Part shown: positions 16,072 to 28,206 of the stretch, piece by piece
How the letters are laid out: every line of letters begins with the position of its first letter
How positions within the stretch are numbered: position 1 is the stretch's first letter
DNA from: an uncultured Rivularia sp.
GTDB taxonomy: Bacteria; Cyanobacteriota; Cyanobacteriia; Cyanobacteriales; Nostocaceae
Assembly: GCA_963665115.1 (NCBI GenBank)
Contig: OY762007.1
Coordinates: forward strand, 4,128,001 to 4,192,000
Direction of reading: 5' to 3'
Length of the DNA stretch: 64,000 nt
Notes under the pieces: model-generated
The model's input: the letters and a program-made list of their open reading frames with translations, nothing else
Database searches by the model: none
Told to the model about the DNA's origin: nothing
Made by a program: the position numbers and the translations under genes

Positions 16072-19000
16072 TTAACCGATAAAATCAACCTTAACAATCA
16101 AGTCGTTATAATCAAAGTCACCACCCTTGGGTAAATCCTCAAAACCAAAGGTATTGTCAGCAAGTAACTTAATATGGTCAACACCATCACTATTCGCTCC
16201 CAAGTATGGGAAGTAAATTGAAGGGTCGTTGCTGGTATCATCGTCGTTAAGTTGGTCAAGATTACCGTTAACAATAATCAACGGAGCAATAATCGAACCA
16301 GCTTCCATTTGAGCAACCCCGGTTTCAAGTCCTTGATTATCAGCACTGAATTCAACAACTTCACCTGTAACCGCATCTTTAACAATGTTATCTAAAGCAA
16401 CTTGCAGATAGTTATCGGTATTTGGTGCGAATCCGTCAACTTCACCCGCTACATTATCAACTTGATAGAAGTAAACTTCGTTGTCGAATGCAGCTTCTCG
16501 GAATACAGAAAACTCAGCAGTTACTTGTCCGGTAACACCAGTTAAATCAATTAATTCAAGGGAAGAATTCTGAAGATTTGTACCTATCGCTAAATCTTGG
16601 GAACTTGGTTGAATATCTACTACCAAATCATCATTCCAAGCAAGAGAAAATCCTGAATCACCATTCGATTCTACCTGTAAATTAGTGGTGTTAGAGAAAA
16701 TCACTTGTTCAGTAGAATTACTATCTTGAGCGAAATAAAATCTAATATTCTCACCGTTAGCAAATTCCAAAATGCGAGTATTAGTTTCAGCATCAAAACT
16801 GTTAGGAGAATTAGCTAGTGCAGAGAAAATAACTTGCGCTCTTTCAAGTGCTGCACTTGTGTAACCAGCTTCATCGGGAAGAATACCGTTGATGCTACCT
16901 TGCTCATCATCAACTACAAATACTCCCAGTTCGGTTACAGCATCGGAATCGTTACCACTCAAAGTTACTTGTAGTTTGGGATTACCAATTTCTTGAGAAA
17001 GATTAAAGATTGCTAATTCAGAATTAGTTTGGTTAATTTCTCCTGTAAAAATCTGTTCTAATTTCTGCTGCAATTGAGTTTGAGCATCTTCTGGTGTGAT
17101 AGTATTGGCACCAACTTCATACAATAATTCGGGAATTTGGTTGTAAGCAATTTGTTTGATGCTCGCGCTTCTTTCTAATAAAGATTCTTCATCCTCTGCT
17201 AAAGGTAATAATGCTCTATCGATAAATTGCAGCGTCAACCCAAAGCTATCAGCCAAGAAACTGGTATCTTTATTATCAATGAGCGACAGAATCGAATCAT
17301 CTAAATTACTGTTGAAAGCTTCTTGGAACGCTTTTTGTATTGCTTCATCATCTAAGTCAGCATCCAACTCACTTAAACTGAGTAATCCAGTTGCAGTTAC
17401 AGCGACGCTTAACTCGTCTACTTCTGCAAATTCTTTACCAGTAGCACCGCTCAAGAAATGGGTCACTCCATGCAGTAAAGCAGCTACTCGAATGTGGCTA
17501 AGGTAAGTAGTTGCAGCTAATTCTGTATCGGTACCTTGCCCCAAAGCTTCAACGGGGTTGAAGGTATGAATATCTACCGACTCATCAATACCCAACACTT
17601 GCTTGATTTGTGCTTCTGCGCTGTCATGCTCCATCCCGGTTTGCATCAACCGTTGTACCATTGTCGTCAACGGGGTAATCATTGTACTACCTGCTACTGC
17701 CCATAAGTCGGAATGCAATGGCACATCACCAATGGTATCGGTTCCTCCAGTTGCTACCAGTCGTCCTTCTTCGTAATCTAATTCACCGTTATTATTGGTG
17801 TCGAATATGTTTAATGGGATCGTTAGGTCATACTCGCCATCGGCATTGGTAACGGTAAAGGGTTCTTCTTCATCAATTTCATTGTTGAAATTAGCATCCC
17901 AGTAGACGGTAGAAGTTTCTACTGGTCCGTTGGATACCGTACCTGATTCGCTAGAATACTGGATTTCGTAAGCCCCGATATCGGTAGCATCACCACTTGA
18001 ACGCTCGTAGCCGTCACCGCGTTGGTCGGTTTCTAAATTGTCGTCGTTATTACCAGCATCAAGAGCAGGGCTATCATCTAGCAGAGCATGGGTGTAGGTG
18101 GAACCGCCGTTATCAGCTAAGGTTGTGTCGAGGATGTCTTCTAAAGCTGTTGGGTTTGTGCCGTCGCTGAAAGCGGTGATGTCGCTGTCTTCTAAAGTAA
18201 CATTCACCAATGCCTGTGCTTCAGTTTGGCTATCGTCGCCGAATAAATTATTTCCATCCGAAGAAGTTGTACCACCGAAAGTTGAAGAGTAGACTTCGTT
18301 GCCATCTTCGTCTGCTGTATTGCCAGAAATTAAACTACTGGTGATATTTAATTGTCCCGAATCTCTGGATAAACCACCACCATCATCCCCAGCGATATTA
18401 TTTATAACAGTACTGTTACTCAAGTTAAGAGTACCGCCGATTAAAGCAATGCCACCACCATAACTTTCAGTTGCTTCGTTACCAGAAATTGTACTGTTAC
18501 TGATGGTGATTGTATCACTACTTAAAATTTTAATACCACCTGCGTGATAGATAGCCGTGTTATTAGAAATAGTACTGTTATTTAGGTATAAATTAGCTCG
18601 AAAATCGTTATGAATACCGCCACCATACTCGGCTGTATTACCAGAGATGGTGCTATCGGTGATAGTAAGAGTTTCTAAATTATAAATACCACCACCGCTA
18701 ACTGCGTCCACAGCCGAATCGTAACCAGTATAAACAAATGAGCCTGTATTTCCTCCTGTAATTGTTAAACCAGTGATTTCAACTGTCTCTTGATTGAAAT
18801 AATCACCATCAGAAATGTAGAACACCCGGCTATTCTCTTGAGCATCGATGGTTAAGTCAACATTAGAGCCGTCGATTGTAACCGAGCGCTCAATCTCCAA
18901 CTGTTCCAATAGGTAGATAGTCTCGCCATCTAAAGATGCATCAAACTCAATATTTCCGCCATCTTCAACAAGAATCAGCGCTTCTCGAAGCGATAAATCA

Positions 19001-21840
19001 TTATCAGAGAAGTTACCGTCTAATTCGTCTTCTAAAAGCGTAACTGTAACATTTGCAGCGTTAGTGAAACTAGTATTGTCCGTGATGTTTTCAATATTCT
19101 CGAAAGAGAAATAATCAGCGCTGGTATTCCCACTCAACACCACTGTATCGCTATCCGAGCTAGAACCAATAAAGTTTTCTACATTGGTGATAATGTCAGT
19201 GCTACCCGAACCATCAGTTACCGTAATGCTGCTAGCATCGGTATTGATATAAATAGTAACTGCACTGTCACTATCGCTATAATCAACGGTATCGCTTCCG
19301 GTTCCACCATCAAAAGTATTATCGTTGCTGTCACTAACAAAAGTATCGTCGTAATCCGAGCCAATTACATTGTCAATATCAACTAAAGTATCGGTACCAC
19401 CATCTCCATCGCTAGCCGTACCCGCTTCTAAATCAACGCTAATACCACTACTTGCCGTGCTGTAGCTAACGGTGTCGGTGTCATCTTCAGTATCCCCATC
19501 ATCGGCAGTACCGCCATAAATTGTATCATCGCCTCCACGACCTTCGAGAGTATCGTTCCCTTCACCGCCTTCAAGGATATTATTATTATCGTCGCCCGTA
19601 ATACTATCATCGTAGCTAGAACCAGTTACGTTCTCAATACCAGAGATATAATCTTGGTCTCCATAGCCATCATTAGTAACTGCTTGTTGGGTAGAGGGTT
19701 CGTAGGTGGAGCTATCATCATAATCGTCCGCAGACTGATTAATTAAATCTACAGTCACACCATCTTCTGCATTAATATAGCTAACAGTGTCGCTGCCACC
19801 CTCACCAAAAATTAAATCCTCACCAGCTACACCATGAAGAATATTGTCGTTATCATCACCAATAAGGGTATCACTGTAGGAACTTCCCGAAAGATTTTCA
19901 ATGCTGTAAAGTTTATCTAAACCTTGTTCTTTAGTTGAACTTTCGGGTAAACCATCATTGGCTGTAGCATACTCCTCACCGTCTGTATCTACAGATACAT
20001 TAGAAAGGTCTACATAAACACCTTGGGTAGCACCGATGAAAAATGCAGTGTCGCTACCATCACCACCGTAGAGTTCGTCATCACCTTCACCACCATCAAG
20101 CCAGTCATCGCCACCATAACCGAAGATTTCATCTTCATCGTCCGTATCAGCATTGTCTTTAGTATAGCCATAAAGAACATCGCTATACTCTTCGGTTCCA
20201 TAAATTTTATCTGTATTCTCCGTGCCATAAACGGTTTGAGGACCAAAGGCTCCAACAATGAAAAACCCACTTTCATAGTCGGTGATACCTAAATCTGAGA
20301 AACTAAAATTATCCAATTCATCCTCAGAATAAGTCTCACCTCCCTGACGGATCTGATATTCACCACCTACCTTTTCTACATAAATGGCATTATTAGTATA
20401 CTGAGTTGACAAATAATCTTTAGCATTTGCATCGTCATTAAAAAAATCTCCACCTAAATGAACCAGGAACTCATCATCATTATTTTTGAATGTTATTCCG
20501 GGTAGTCCATCATAGATATCACCAGCCGTATCAAATGCAACAGTATCATCGTCGTCATGATAAACAACTAAGAAATCTTCTGTAGGGTCGAAATCGTAAA
20601 TAACTGTACTTGTTTGAGTGCTTTCTACAGGTTCTGCGGCGCTCGTTTCTGCTCCATCTACAATGTAATCTAAAATATCTTTGGCAATGGGAACGACTTC
20701 TTTAATTAAATTTAGAGTAAAACCAATTTCGCTAGGGGCAAGTTCTTTGAGTGTAGTGAAAACTGTGTCGCTTAAATCTGTTAAAATGTTATCATAAGCA
20801 TAATCAAGAAAATCACTTCCAGTTCCAGAACCACTTCCACTGCCTGAATTTGGGTTAGCATTAATAATAAAGGTGTCTATCCCTTCCCCACCAAATATAT
20901 GGTTTTCGTCCTCATCGTAGACGCTTTCATAGATTACGTCGTTTCCATCACCACCAGAGATAACTGTATCTCCTTGACCTCCGTAAACTACGTCGTCACC
21001 TTCGTTAGCAAATAGAAAGTCTGCACCATCAGATTCAAATTCGATAGTAATCGAATCTTTATTGCTGCTATCTTCTACAACAATAGTGTAGTCACCGTCT
21101 GCAGTAGATGGTGAAGTTGTATTAGAACCAGAAATAACGTCGTCTCCAGGACCTGCCCAGATACCATCATTATATACACTTCCAATAATTTTATCGTTAC
21201 CTGAAATTTCGTATTCAGCAAAACCCAGAGCTAAGTCTTCTAGATACTCAATATAAAATGAAGTAGTGTCTGTTGTCCCATAACCATAGAAAGCATTAAA
21301 GGATGTTGTAGGCTCTATCTGACTTACGCGATTGTAATCAGAGTTAGCAACCACATATTTACCTTCACCAACATCGTCTGCTAAATAGTCTAATATGTTG
21401 TCAAATGAAGAATAGTTATCTAACGAACCACCGTAATCTTCTTCAAGAGCTTCCTCCTCTTCCTCATCAAAATTATGGTCAAGACCAGCACTGAAGTCAA
21501 GCTCCATATCCAGAACTTGATCTGAATCAAATATTGTTTGATAGTCATACAAATCAAACACGGAAATATAATCGTTTGAATTATACTCAGATTTAACGTA
21601 ACTGCCACTACCATTACCAGCAGCGAAATAATCAGTAGTTCTATCCTCAGACTCTAAATATTGACTTAAATAATTCTCAACATAAGGTAGAAATGAATGA
21701 GTAAATTGTACTTCTTCTTCATTCTCCCCAAGTATCAATCCGTTCCAGATATATTCAAAAGCATCGTCGAATGAGACAACCTCAAAAGCTTCAGTATATT
21801 CTGAGTCTCCATTGCTATACAATTTCAAGCTTTGTGTCAT
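16072..21840 (-). CDS. Large acidic secreted protein with RTX-type Ca-binding repeats, polymorphic-membrane-like beta-helix/anchor segment and DUF4114-like C-terminus
   Basis: 1922 aa. GGxGxDxLxG repeats, LSLREAL motif, GG(G/A)I repeats, SPALDAG...DQRG...DIGAYE, C-terminal GFEDLPKGGDFDYND. Confidence 0.8.
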   Translation of the reverse strand: MTQSLKLYSNGDSEYTEAFEVVSFDDAFEYIWNGLILGENEEEVQFTHSFLPYVENYLSQYLESEDRTTDYFAAGNGSGSYVKSEYNSNDYISVFDLYDYQTIFDSDQVLDMELDFSAGLDHNFDEEEEEALEEDYGGSLDNYSSFDNILDYLADDVGEGKYVVANSDYNRVSQIEPTTSFNAFYGYGTTDTTSFYIEYLEDLALGFAEYEISGNDKIIGSVYNDGIWAGPGDDVISGSNTTSPSTADGDYTIVVEDSSNKDSITIEFESDGADFLFANEGDDVVYGGQGDTVISGGDGNDVIYESVYDEDENHIFGGEGIDTFIINANPNSGSGSGSGTGSDFLDYAYDNILTDLSDTVFTTLKELAPSEIGFTLNLIKEVVPIAKDILDYIVDGAETSAAEPVESTQTSTVIYDFDPTEDFLVVYHDDDDTVAFDTAGDIYDGLPGITFKNNDDEFLVHLGGDFFNDDANAKDYLSTQYTNNAIYVEKVGGEYQIRQGGETYSEDELDNFSFSDLGITDYESGFFIVGAFGPQTVYGTENTDKIYGTEEYSDVLYGYTKDNADTDDEDEIFGYGGDDWLDGGEGDDELYGGDGSDTAFFIGATQGVYVDLSNVSVDTDGEEYATANDGLPESSTKEQGLDKLYSIENLSGSSYSDTLIGDDNDNILHGVAGEDLIFGEGGSDTVSYINAEDGVTVDLINQSADDYDDSSTYEPSTQQAVTNDGYGDQDYISGIENVTGSSYDDSITGDDNNNILEGGEGNDTLEGRGGDDTIYGGTADDGDTEDDTDTVSYSTASSGISVDLEAGTASDGDGGTDTLVDIDNVIGSDYDDTFVSDSNDNTFDGGTGSDTVDYSDSDSAVTIYINTDASSITVTDGSGSTDIITNVENFIGSSSDSDTVVLSGNTSADYFSFENIENITDNTSFTNAANVTVTLLEDELDGNFSDNDLSLREALILVEDGGNIEFDASLDGETIYLLEQLEIERSVTIDGSNVDLTIDAQENSRVFYISDGDYFNQETVEITGLTITGGNTGSFVYTGYDSAVDAVSGGGIYNLETLTITDSTISGNTAEYGGGIHNDFRANLYLNNSTISNNTAIYHAGGIKILSSDTITISNSTISGNEATESYGGGIALIGGTLNLSNSTVINNIAGDDGGGLSRDSGQLNITSSLISGNTADEDGNEVYSSTFGGTTSSDGNNLFGDDSQTEAQALVNVTLEDSDITAFSDGTNPTALEDILDTTLADNGGSTYTHALLDDSPALDAGNNDDNLETDQRGDGYERSSGDATDIGAYEIQYSSESGTVSNGPVETSTVYWDANFNNEIDEEEPFTVTNADGEYDLTIPLNIFDTNNNGELDYEEGRLVATGGTDTIGDVPLHSDLWAVAGSTMITPLTTMVQRLMQTGMEHDSAEAQIKQVLGIDESVDIHTFNPVEALGQGTDTELAATTYLSHIRVAALLHGVTHFLSGATGKEFAEVDELSVAVTATGLLSLSELDADLDDEAIQKAFQEAFNSNLDDSILSLIDNKDTSFLADSFGLTLQFIDRALLPLAEDEESLLERSASIKQIAYNQIPELLYEVGANTITPEDAQTQLQQKLEQIFTGEINQTNSELAIFNLSQEIGNPKLQVTLSGNDSDAVTELGVFVVDDEQGSINGILPDEAGYTSAALERAQVIFSALANSPNSFDAETNTRILEFANGENIRFYFAQDSNSTEQVIFSNTTNLQVESNGDSGFSLAWNDDLVVDIQPSSQDLAIGTNLQNSSLELIDLTGVTGQVTAEFSVFREAAFDNEVYFYQVDNVAGEVDGFAPNTDNYLQVALDNIVKDAVTGEVVEFSADNQGLETGVAQMEAGSIIAPLIIVNGNLDQLNDDDTSNDPSIYFPYLGANSDGVDHIKLLADNTFGFEDLPKGGDFDYNDLIVKVDFIG

Positions 21841-22319
21841 GATTATTAATTCCTTCGTGTAATTTTGTTAGCTTTTACGTCTCAACAATCCGAAAATAAT
21901 CAACGCCGATTATTTAACCCCTAAAGTCAAAGTTGAAAATCAAGTCGCTACAATCAAGGTCATTACCCTCCGGTAAATGCTCAAAACCAATTGTTGTAAA
22001 TCAAGATATCTACACCATGATTTTTGTTTCCTTATTTGTGTTCTAAGTAATATATTCATAGATACAAATAATGTAGCTCTAGGTAGATGCAATACTTAAC
22101 GAGTCTCAGCCTCTAGCTTAAATAAGCAAAAACTGATTATTTCAGTTATGAAGTGCAACCCCGTGAAAAGTCGAGTCCAATTTTGATTGTGAAATATTAA
22201 GAAATTATTTCAATAAATCAAACCAAAATTAGCTATCTACGATTAAGATTACACAGGAAATTCCTTTAAGTGGTATTGCATATTACCTTCAAAGCAGGGT
22301 AGAAAAAGTTGTCAATTTT

Positions 22320-22349
22320 TATCAACTTTTATCAACTTTTATCAACTTT
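22320..22349 (+). promoter_or_regulatory. Triple 10-bp direct repeat TATCAACTTT upstream of the TpsA-like gene
   Basis: Three tandem copies. The same motif occurs in gene-sense orientation upstream of two other genes in the element. Confidence 0.5.
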
Positions 22350-22605
22350 CAGTTGAATAGTAATGGTTTTTCCTATCGGTTTTCTGTAGGAGAATAAAGC
22401 TAAAAAAGAGCATACAGGATAAATTAATTTGCATTTTTTATATAGTTGGTAATTAATATCCAATTAACTCAAATAATCATCACTTTTCGCTTAATTAATT
22501 GATAACTTATAGCAATATAGCGGTTTTCGATTATGTGAGGTACACTTTATAACTGTATTTATCAAAATTTAGCTATATTTACCATAAGCTATTGCTATAC
22601 CTGTT

Positions 22606-25600
22606 ATGCCCAATTATTTACTAATCAAGCACAAGCAAATATTCCTATGGTATAGGAATCAATTACAGGTACTTTTATCTCTGGAAAAATTAAAATCAAC
22701 ATTTCTTTACCTATCATTACTCTGGAACATTACTACCGCAATCTCCACGCTGACAATTTCCACAGTTTTGGCTCAAATCACTCCCGATACAACTTTAGAT
22801 AATTCTCCCTCTAAAGTAAATTCTCAAGGTTTGAATAATTTATTGATTGAAGGTGGAGTTAGAAACCAAAGCAATCTTTTTCACAGTTTCCAAGAATTTA
22901 ACATAAACAACGGACAGCAGGTTTTTTTTGCAAATCCCCAAGGAATAAACAATATAATCACTCGCGTTACAGGTAATAACCCTTCAAATATCAACGGTGT
23001 TTTAGGAGTTAACGGTTTAGCAAATTTATTTTTTATTAATCCCAACGGAATTATCTTTGGTAAAGGTTCTCGTCTTGATGTAAATGGTTCTTTTATCGGT
23101 GCGACTGCTGAGAGCGTAATCTTCTCAGATGATAGTATTTTTAGTGCTGTTGAACCGAATAATCCAGCGTTATTAAAAGTAAACGTTCCTTTGGGTTTGC
23201 AATACGGTAAAAATACCGCAGCAATTCAACTAAAAGAAGCTAATTTACAAGTAAAACCTGGTGAAAGTTTAAGTTTAATTGGTGGAAATGTTGATCTAGA
23301 AAATTCTACTCTCAAAGCACCGGGGGGAACGATTCAATTAGGTGGTTTGTTAGCTTCGGGAACTGTGAATTTAAATGATTTAAAATCCTTCAGCTTTCCA
23401 GAAAACGTAAAACTTGCTGATGTTTCTTTAACTAATAAATCCAATATTGAAGTTATAGCTAGTGGTGGTGGAGATATTTTTGTCAATGCGAATAATTTTT
23501 CTTTAAATAACAGTAGTTTTCGAGCCGGAATTAAAGATAGATTGGGAGATAGAGAAGCAGTTGCGGGTGATATTTCTATTAACGCTACAGGAGATATTAA
23601 TATTGACCAAGACAGTAATATTAGGAATATTTTAGAACTTAATTCTTTGGGTAGTGGAGGAAAAATTGATATCAAAACAAATAACTTTTTCCTTAAAGAT
23701 TCAAATATATTAACCAATACTGGTAGTATTGGTGATGCGGGAAATATCACGATTGAAGCAGCGAATAATTTAGAAGTTATTTCTAGTCCCCAAAACATAG
23801 CTTTAGGAATAAGAGGAAGAAAAGGTATATTTTCCAGAGTTGAAAGAAATGGCACTGGGAATGGTGGTAATATTACTGTCAAAGCTCCGGATATTACTCT
23901 TTCAGGTATTGGCGGTATTGAAAGCGGAAGCAGTGGTTTGGGAAATGCTGGGAAAATATTGATAGAAAGCGATCGCCTTAAAATCATTGAGAATGCAGTT
24001 GTATCAGCAAATACAGCGAATTTAGGGAATGCTGGAGAAATTTTAATTAAGTCATCTGAGTTTATTGAAGTCAGTAATAAAATTAGCGATTCTCGATTTG
24101 CAAATTTAACCGGACCACCGGGAGGAATTGTTGTAGATGTACGTCCACGAGGTACTGGAAATGGTGGCAAAATTAGTTTAGAAACCACAAGATTAACTAT
24201 AAAAGATGGAGCATTGGTTGTAGCGGGTAGTAGAGGAGGAGGAAATGCTGGTGATATAAATATTCGTGCTACAGAATTAATTGAAGTTACTGGTAGAAGT
24301 CAAAACGATAGAAATATGTATACCAGTCAAATAGGTACAGCATTACAGGAAAATTCCACGGGTAAACAAGGGGGTAATCTTTTTTTAGAAACCAAGAATT
24401 TGATTGTTAGTAATGGAGCAGAAATTGATGTTAGTACAAATAATTCTGGACAAGCTGGAGATTTAACTGTTATAGCATCTGAATCGGTTTTTTTAGGGGG
24501 ATTATATGAAGGTATTCCCAGCCGTTTGCAATCTCAAGTCGATAAAAATGGTAGCGGAACGGGAGGAGATATTTTAGTTCAAACTGGAATAATAAATTTA
24601 AAAAATGGCGCTCAAATTTCTGCTGCTAATTTAGGAAAGGGAAATAGTGGTAACGTTAATATCTTTGCTGATGAAATAAATATAGCCGGTTCTACATTAG
24701 CTCTTGAAAAATTGCCTTTTAGAACTTCCGAATTTGTCACAGATGACACGGGGAATTTATTTCCGAGCGGAATTTTTAGCAGTTCATTACAAGTAGGAGA
24801 TGCAGGTAATTTAGAAATAGAAACGGGTAAATTAACTCTTGAAGATAAGGCTCAAATTTCAGTCAGCAGTCAACAACTTGGTGCAGCAGGAAATTTGGAA
24901 ATTCAAGCAAATCAAATTTATCTCGATAATGCAATAATCAGCGCTGACACTGTAGCGGGAGATAAAGGAAGTATTTATTTGAATGGTGCAGATATTCGAT
25001 TGCGTCAAGGTAGTCGGTTAACAACAAATGCGACTCAAACTGCTACCGGAGGTAACATTGATATTGATAGCTTAACTTTAGTTGGTTTAGAAAATAGCGA
25101 TATTACAGCTAATGCAGAAGATAATTTTGGTGGTAGAGTAATTATCAATGCTGAAGCACTTTTTGGGATTGCGTTTAGAGATTTTATCACTCCACAAAGC
25201 GATATTACTGCAACTTCTGCGTTGGGAGCAGAATTTAATGGTGTCGTCGAAATTAACACCCCAGATATTGACCCCTACTTCTGCGTTGGAAGAGTTACCA
25301 GAAACATTTACCAACCCATCGCAAATTACAGCGGGATGTCCCGCTGATGGAGGAAATAAGTTTGCTGAAACAGGAAGAGGTGGTTTACCAAAAAGTCCTC
25401 AAGAAGTTTTACGTTCTCAGGTAGTTGTTGAAGATTGGAGAGTTTCGCTTGGGGAAGTTGTTGATAAAGCAGAAATTCAACAAGAAGAAAATAAATTTAC
25501 CCCAATTGTTGAAGCTCAAGGTTGGATTGTAAACGAAGACGGAGTTATCGAATTTGTGGCTAATTTACCTAAAGATAATGTCCCTGTTGGAAACAATTCA

Positions 25601-25615
25601 GTAAATTGTGGTTAA
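22606..25615 (+). CDS. Filamentous haemagglutinin-family (TpsA-like) exoprotein (apparent frameshift near 25275)
   Basis: AQITPD, NLFHSFQEF, NPNGIIFG TPS-domain motifs, beta-helix repeats. The C-terminus (TGRGGLP...IVEAQGW) continues in ORF 25148-25615 after a CCCC run. Confidence 0.88.
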
Positions 25616-25779
25616 AGCTGTGAAAAATTAACGGTTAACAATTAACGAGAAAATTGTAGGTTGGGTTGAGCCACGTTAGCGAAGCGTGTCCGATAGGACA
25701 TAAACTAACACAAAATCTATTGTTACAAAATTCAAAAAATTGGGAAACATAAGAAAGTCAATTTCAGTAATATCCTGTA

Positions 25780-27918
25780 ATGAAAGCCGTTTTACAACAC
25801 AGCGAAGAAGATTGTGGTGCTGCTTGTTTGGCTACTGTTGCGAAACACTACGGTAGAACTTTCACTCTGAGCAGAATGCGAGAATTTGTTGGTACGGGTA
25901 GTCAAGGTACTACTCTTTTAGGGTTGAAGCGGGGAGCAGAAAATTTAGGATTTAATGCTCGTACACTCAGAGCTACTCCTAAGCTGATCGAATCGTTAGA
26001 TCAAATAACTTTGCCTGCAATTATTCACTGGAAGGGCTATCACTGGGTAGTATTATTCCAGCAAAAGGGAAACAAATATGTAATTGCAGATCCTGCTGTG
26101 GGTATACGCAACCTTAGCAAGCGGGAATTAACGCAAGGTTGGGTAAATGGCGTAATGTTGCTCTTAAACCCCGATGATAACCGTTTTTACCAACAAGAAT
26201 CAGATAAGATAGACGGTTTTGGTCGTTTTTTGAAACGGGTTTTACCTTATCGGTATATTTTAGCAGAAGCGATCGCCATTAATATTGTGGTGGGTTTGCT
26301 GGCTTTGGCAACTCCTTTTATGATGCAAATACTGACGGATGATGTATTGGTTAGGGGTGATATCCAGCTTTTAACTACTGTCAGTATTGCGGTGATGGGG
26401 ATGAATGTTTTTCGCTCTGCAATTGGTATTGTGCAATCCCATCTTGTAGGACAATATGCTCAACGGTTAGAATTAGGTTTGATTTTAGATTATGGCTATA
26501 AGCTGCTACGTTTACCTTTATCTTATTTTGAAGCTCGTCGTAGTGGAGAAGTTGTTAGCCGTATTAGTGATGTTAGGAAAATCAATCAACTGGTTTCTCA
26601 AGTTGTTTTAAGTTTACCCAGTCAATTTTTTATCGCTGTCATCTCTTTAGGGATAATGTTATTTTACAGTTGGCAGCTTGCTTTGGCTTCTATACTCGCT
26701 TTTATTATAGTTATAGCTGTTAACTTTTTATTTTTACCCGCATTGCGCCAAAAAACCCGCGCTACGATTATTTTAGGTACGGAAAATCAAGGTTTTTTGG
26801 TAGAAACATTTCGCGGTATTCAAATTCTCAAAACAACTCAGGGAACTCCCCAAGCTTGGGAGGAATATCAAGCTAATTACAGTCGTCTTGCTAATCTCAA
26901 CTGGAGTACTATGAAGTTGGGATTATATAGCAACACATTTACAACTTTGCTCAATAGTCTGACAAATGTTGGTTTACTTTGGCTGGGCAGTTATTTTGTA
27001 ATTAATCGCACCCTCAGCATCGGACAATTACTTGCTTTTAACGGTATGAGCGGTAATTTCTTAGGCTTTTTAGGTGTCGCGATGGGATTAATTGATGAAT
27101 TTATTACTGCTCAAGTAGTAATTAAACGGTTGACTGAAGTTTTAGATGCGAAAGAGGAAGATGAAAACGGGAATGAAAAACCTTGGGTAGAAATTTCAGA
27201 AAAAGCCAATATCGTCTGCGACAAACTTAATTTTCACCATCAAGGTAGAGTTAACCTGCTCAAGGATTTTTCTTTAACTATTCCCGGTGGAAAGGTGACA
27301 GCTTTGATTGGACAATCTGGCTGTGGTAAAAGTACTTTAGTTAAAATTATTGGCGGATTGTACGAATTGCAATCGGGAAATATCCGCTACGATATTTACA
27401 ATCAAGACGATATTTCCTTAGAATGTCGCCGACAGCAGATAGTATTAGTTCCCCAAGAGCCTCATTTTTGGAGTCGCTCAATTGTTGATAATTTCCGCTT
27501 TGCCTATCCTAGCGTTGATTTTGAACAAATTGTTAAAGCTTGTCAGATAGCTTATGCAGATGAATTTATCAGCGAATTACCAGATAAATACCATACTATT
27601 TTAGGGGAATTTGGTACAAACCTTTCTGGGGGACAAAGACAAAGATTAGCGATCGCCAGAGCAATTGTCACAAACCCACCGATTTTAATTTTAGATGAAT
27701 CTACTGGTGCTTTAGATCCAGTTTTGGAAAGTAAAGTATTAGAAAGCTTATTAGAATATCGTCAAGGAAAAACAACGATTATGATTAGTCATCGCCCTAG
27801 AGTCATTGGACGTGCGAACTTTATTGTACTGTTGGAAAAAGGAGAATTGCAGCTTACAGGTAATCCTCAAGAATTACTACAAAAACCAGGGAAACATTTA
27901 GATTTTCTAACACCTTGA
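25780..27918 (+). CDS. C39 peptidase-containing ABC transporter (PCAT)
   Basis: QHSEEDCGAACL catalytic Cys, HWVV His, transmembrane domain, GQSGCGKS Walker A, LSGGQRQR, LILDE. Confidence 0.93.
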   Translation: MKAVLQHSEEDCGAACLATVAKHYGRTFTLSRMREFVGTGSQGTTLLGLKRGAENLGFNARTLRATPKLIESLDQITLPAIIHWKGYHWVVLFQQKGNKYVIADPAVGIRNLSKRELTQGWVNGVMLLLNPDDNRFYQQESDKIDGFGRFLKRVLPYRYILAEAIAINIVVGLLALATPFMMQILTDDVLVRGDIQLLTTVSIAVMGMNVFRSAIGIVQSHLVGQYAQRLELGLILDYGYKLLRLPLSYFEARRSGEVVSRISDVRKINQLVSQVVLSLPSQFFIAVISLGIMLFYSWQLALASILAFIIVIAVNFLFLPALRQKTRATIILGTENQGFLVETFRGIQILKTTQGTPQAWEEYQANYSRLANLNWSTMKLGLYSNTFTTLLNSLTNVGLLWLGSYFVINRTLSIGQLLAFNGMSGNFLGFLGVAMGLIDEFITAQVVIKRLTEVLDAKEEDENGNEKPWVEISEKANIVCDKLNFHHQGRVNLLKDFSLTIPGGKVTALIGQSGCGKSTLVKIIGGLYELQSGNIRYDIYNQDDISLECRRQQIVLVPQEPHFWSRSIVDNFRFAYPSVDFEQIVKACQIAYADEFISELPDKYHTILGEFGTNLSGGQRQRLAIARAIVTNPPILILDESTGALDPVLESKVLESLLEYRQGKTTIMISHRPRVIGRANFIVLLEKGELQLTGNPQELLQKPGKHLDFLTP

Positions 27919-28045
27919 GAATATAGCGCTTTTCACCGTTGATGGAATACACATTAACCTCACCCCCATCCCCTCTCCTTGTCAAGGAGAGGGGTGGAAG
28001 GAAAGGGGTAAGGTTGCGACTTATGGACTCAATTGAAAACTGCTA

Positions 28046-28206
28046 TATATGAGTATTCCTAAACAAAGGTGAGATGACTATTAATAGCATTCCTAAATCA
28101 TTTGTGAGATTTTAGAAACCCGGTTTTTTGGAAAAACCGGGTTTGTGGCACCTACCTTTTTTACGACTCATCTAGGATTGCTATATGAGTATTCCTAAAC
28201 AAAGGT
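28046..28206. repeat. 25-bp direct repeat flanking a small palindromic MITE-like insert
   Basis: TATATGAGTATTCCTAAACAAAGGT at 28046-28070 and 28182-28206, with an AAACCCGGTTTTT/AAAAACCGGGTTT palindrome between them. Confidence 0.6.

Noticed and set aside
23334..24188. 284-aa antisense ORF and other short antisense ORFs inside nifS, nifU, fusA, sodA and the RTX gene
   Set aside because: Shadow frames of well-supported genes on the opposite strand, with no recognisable motifs.
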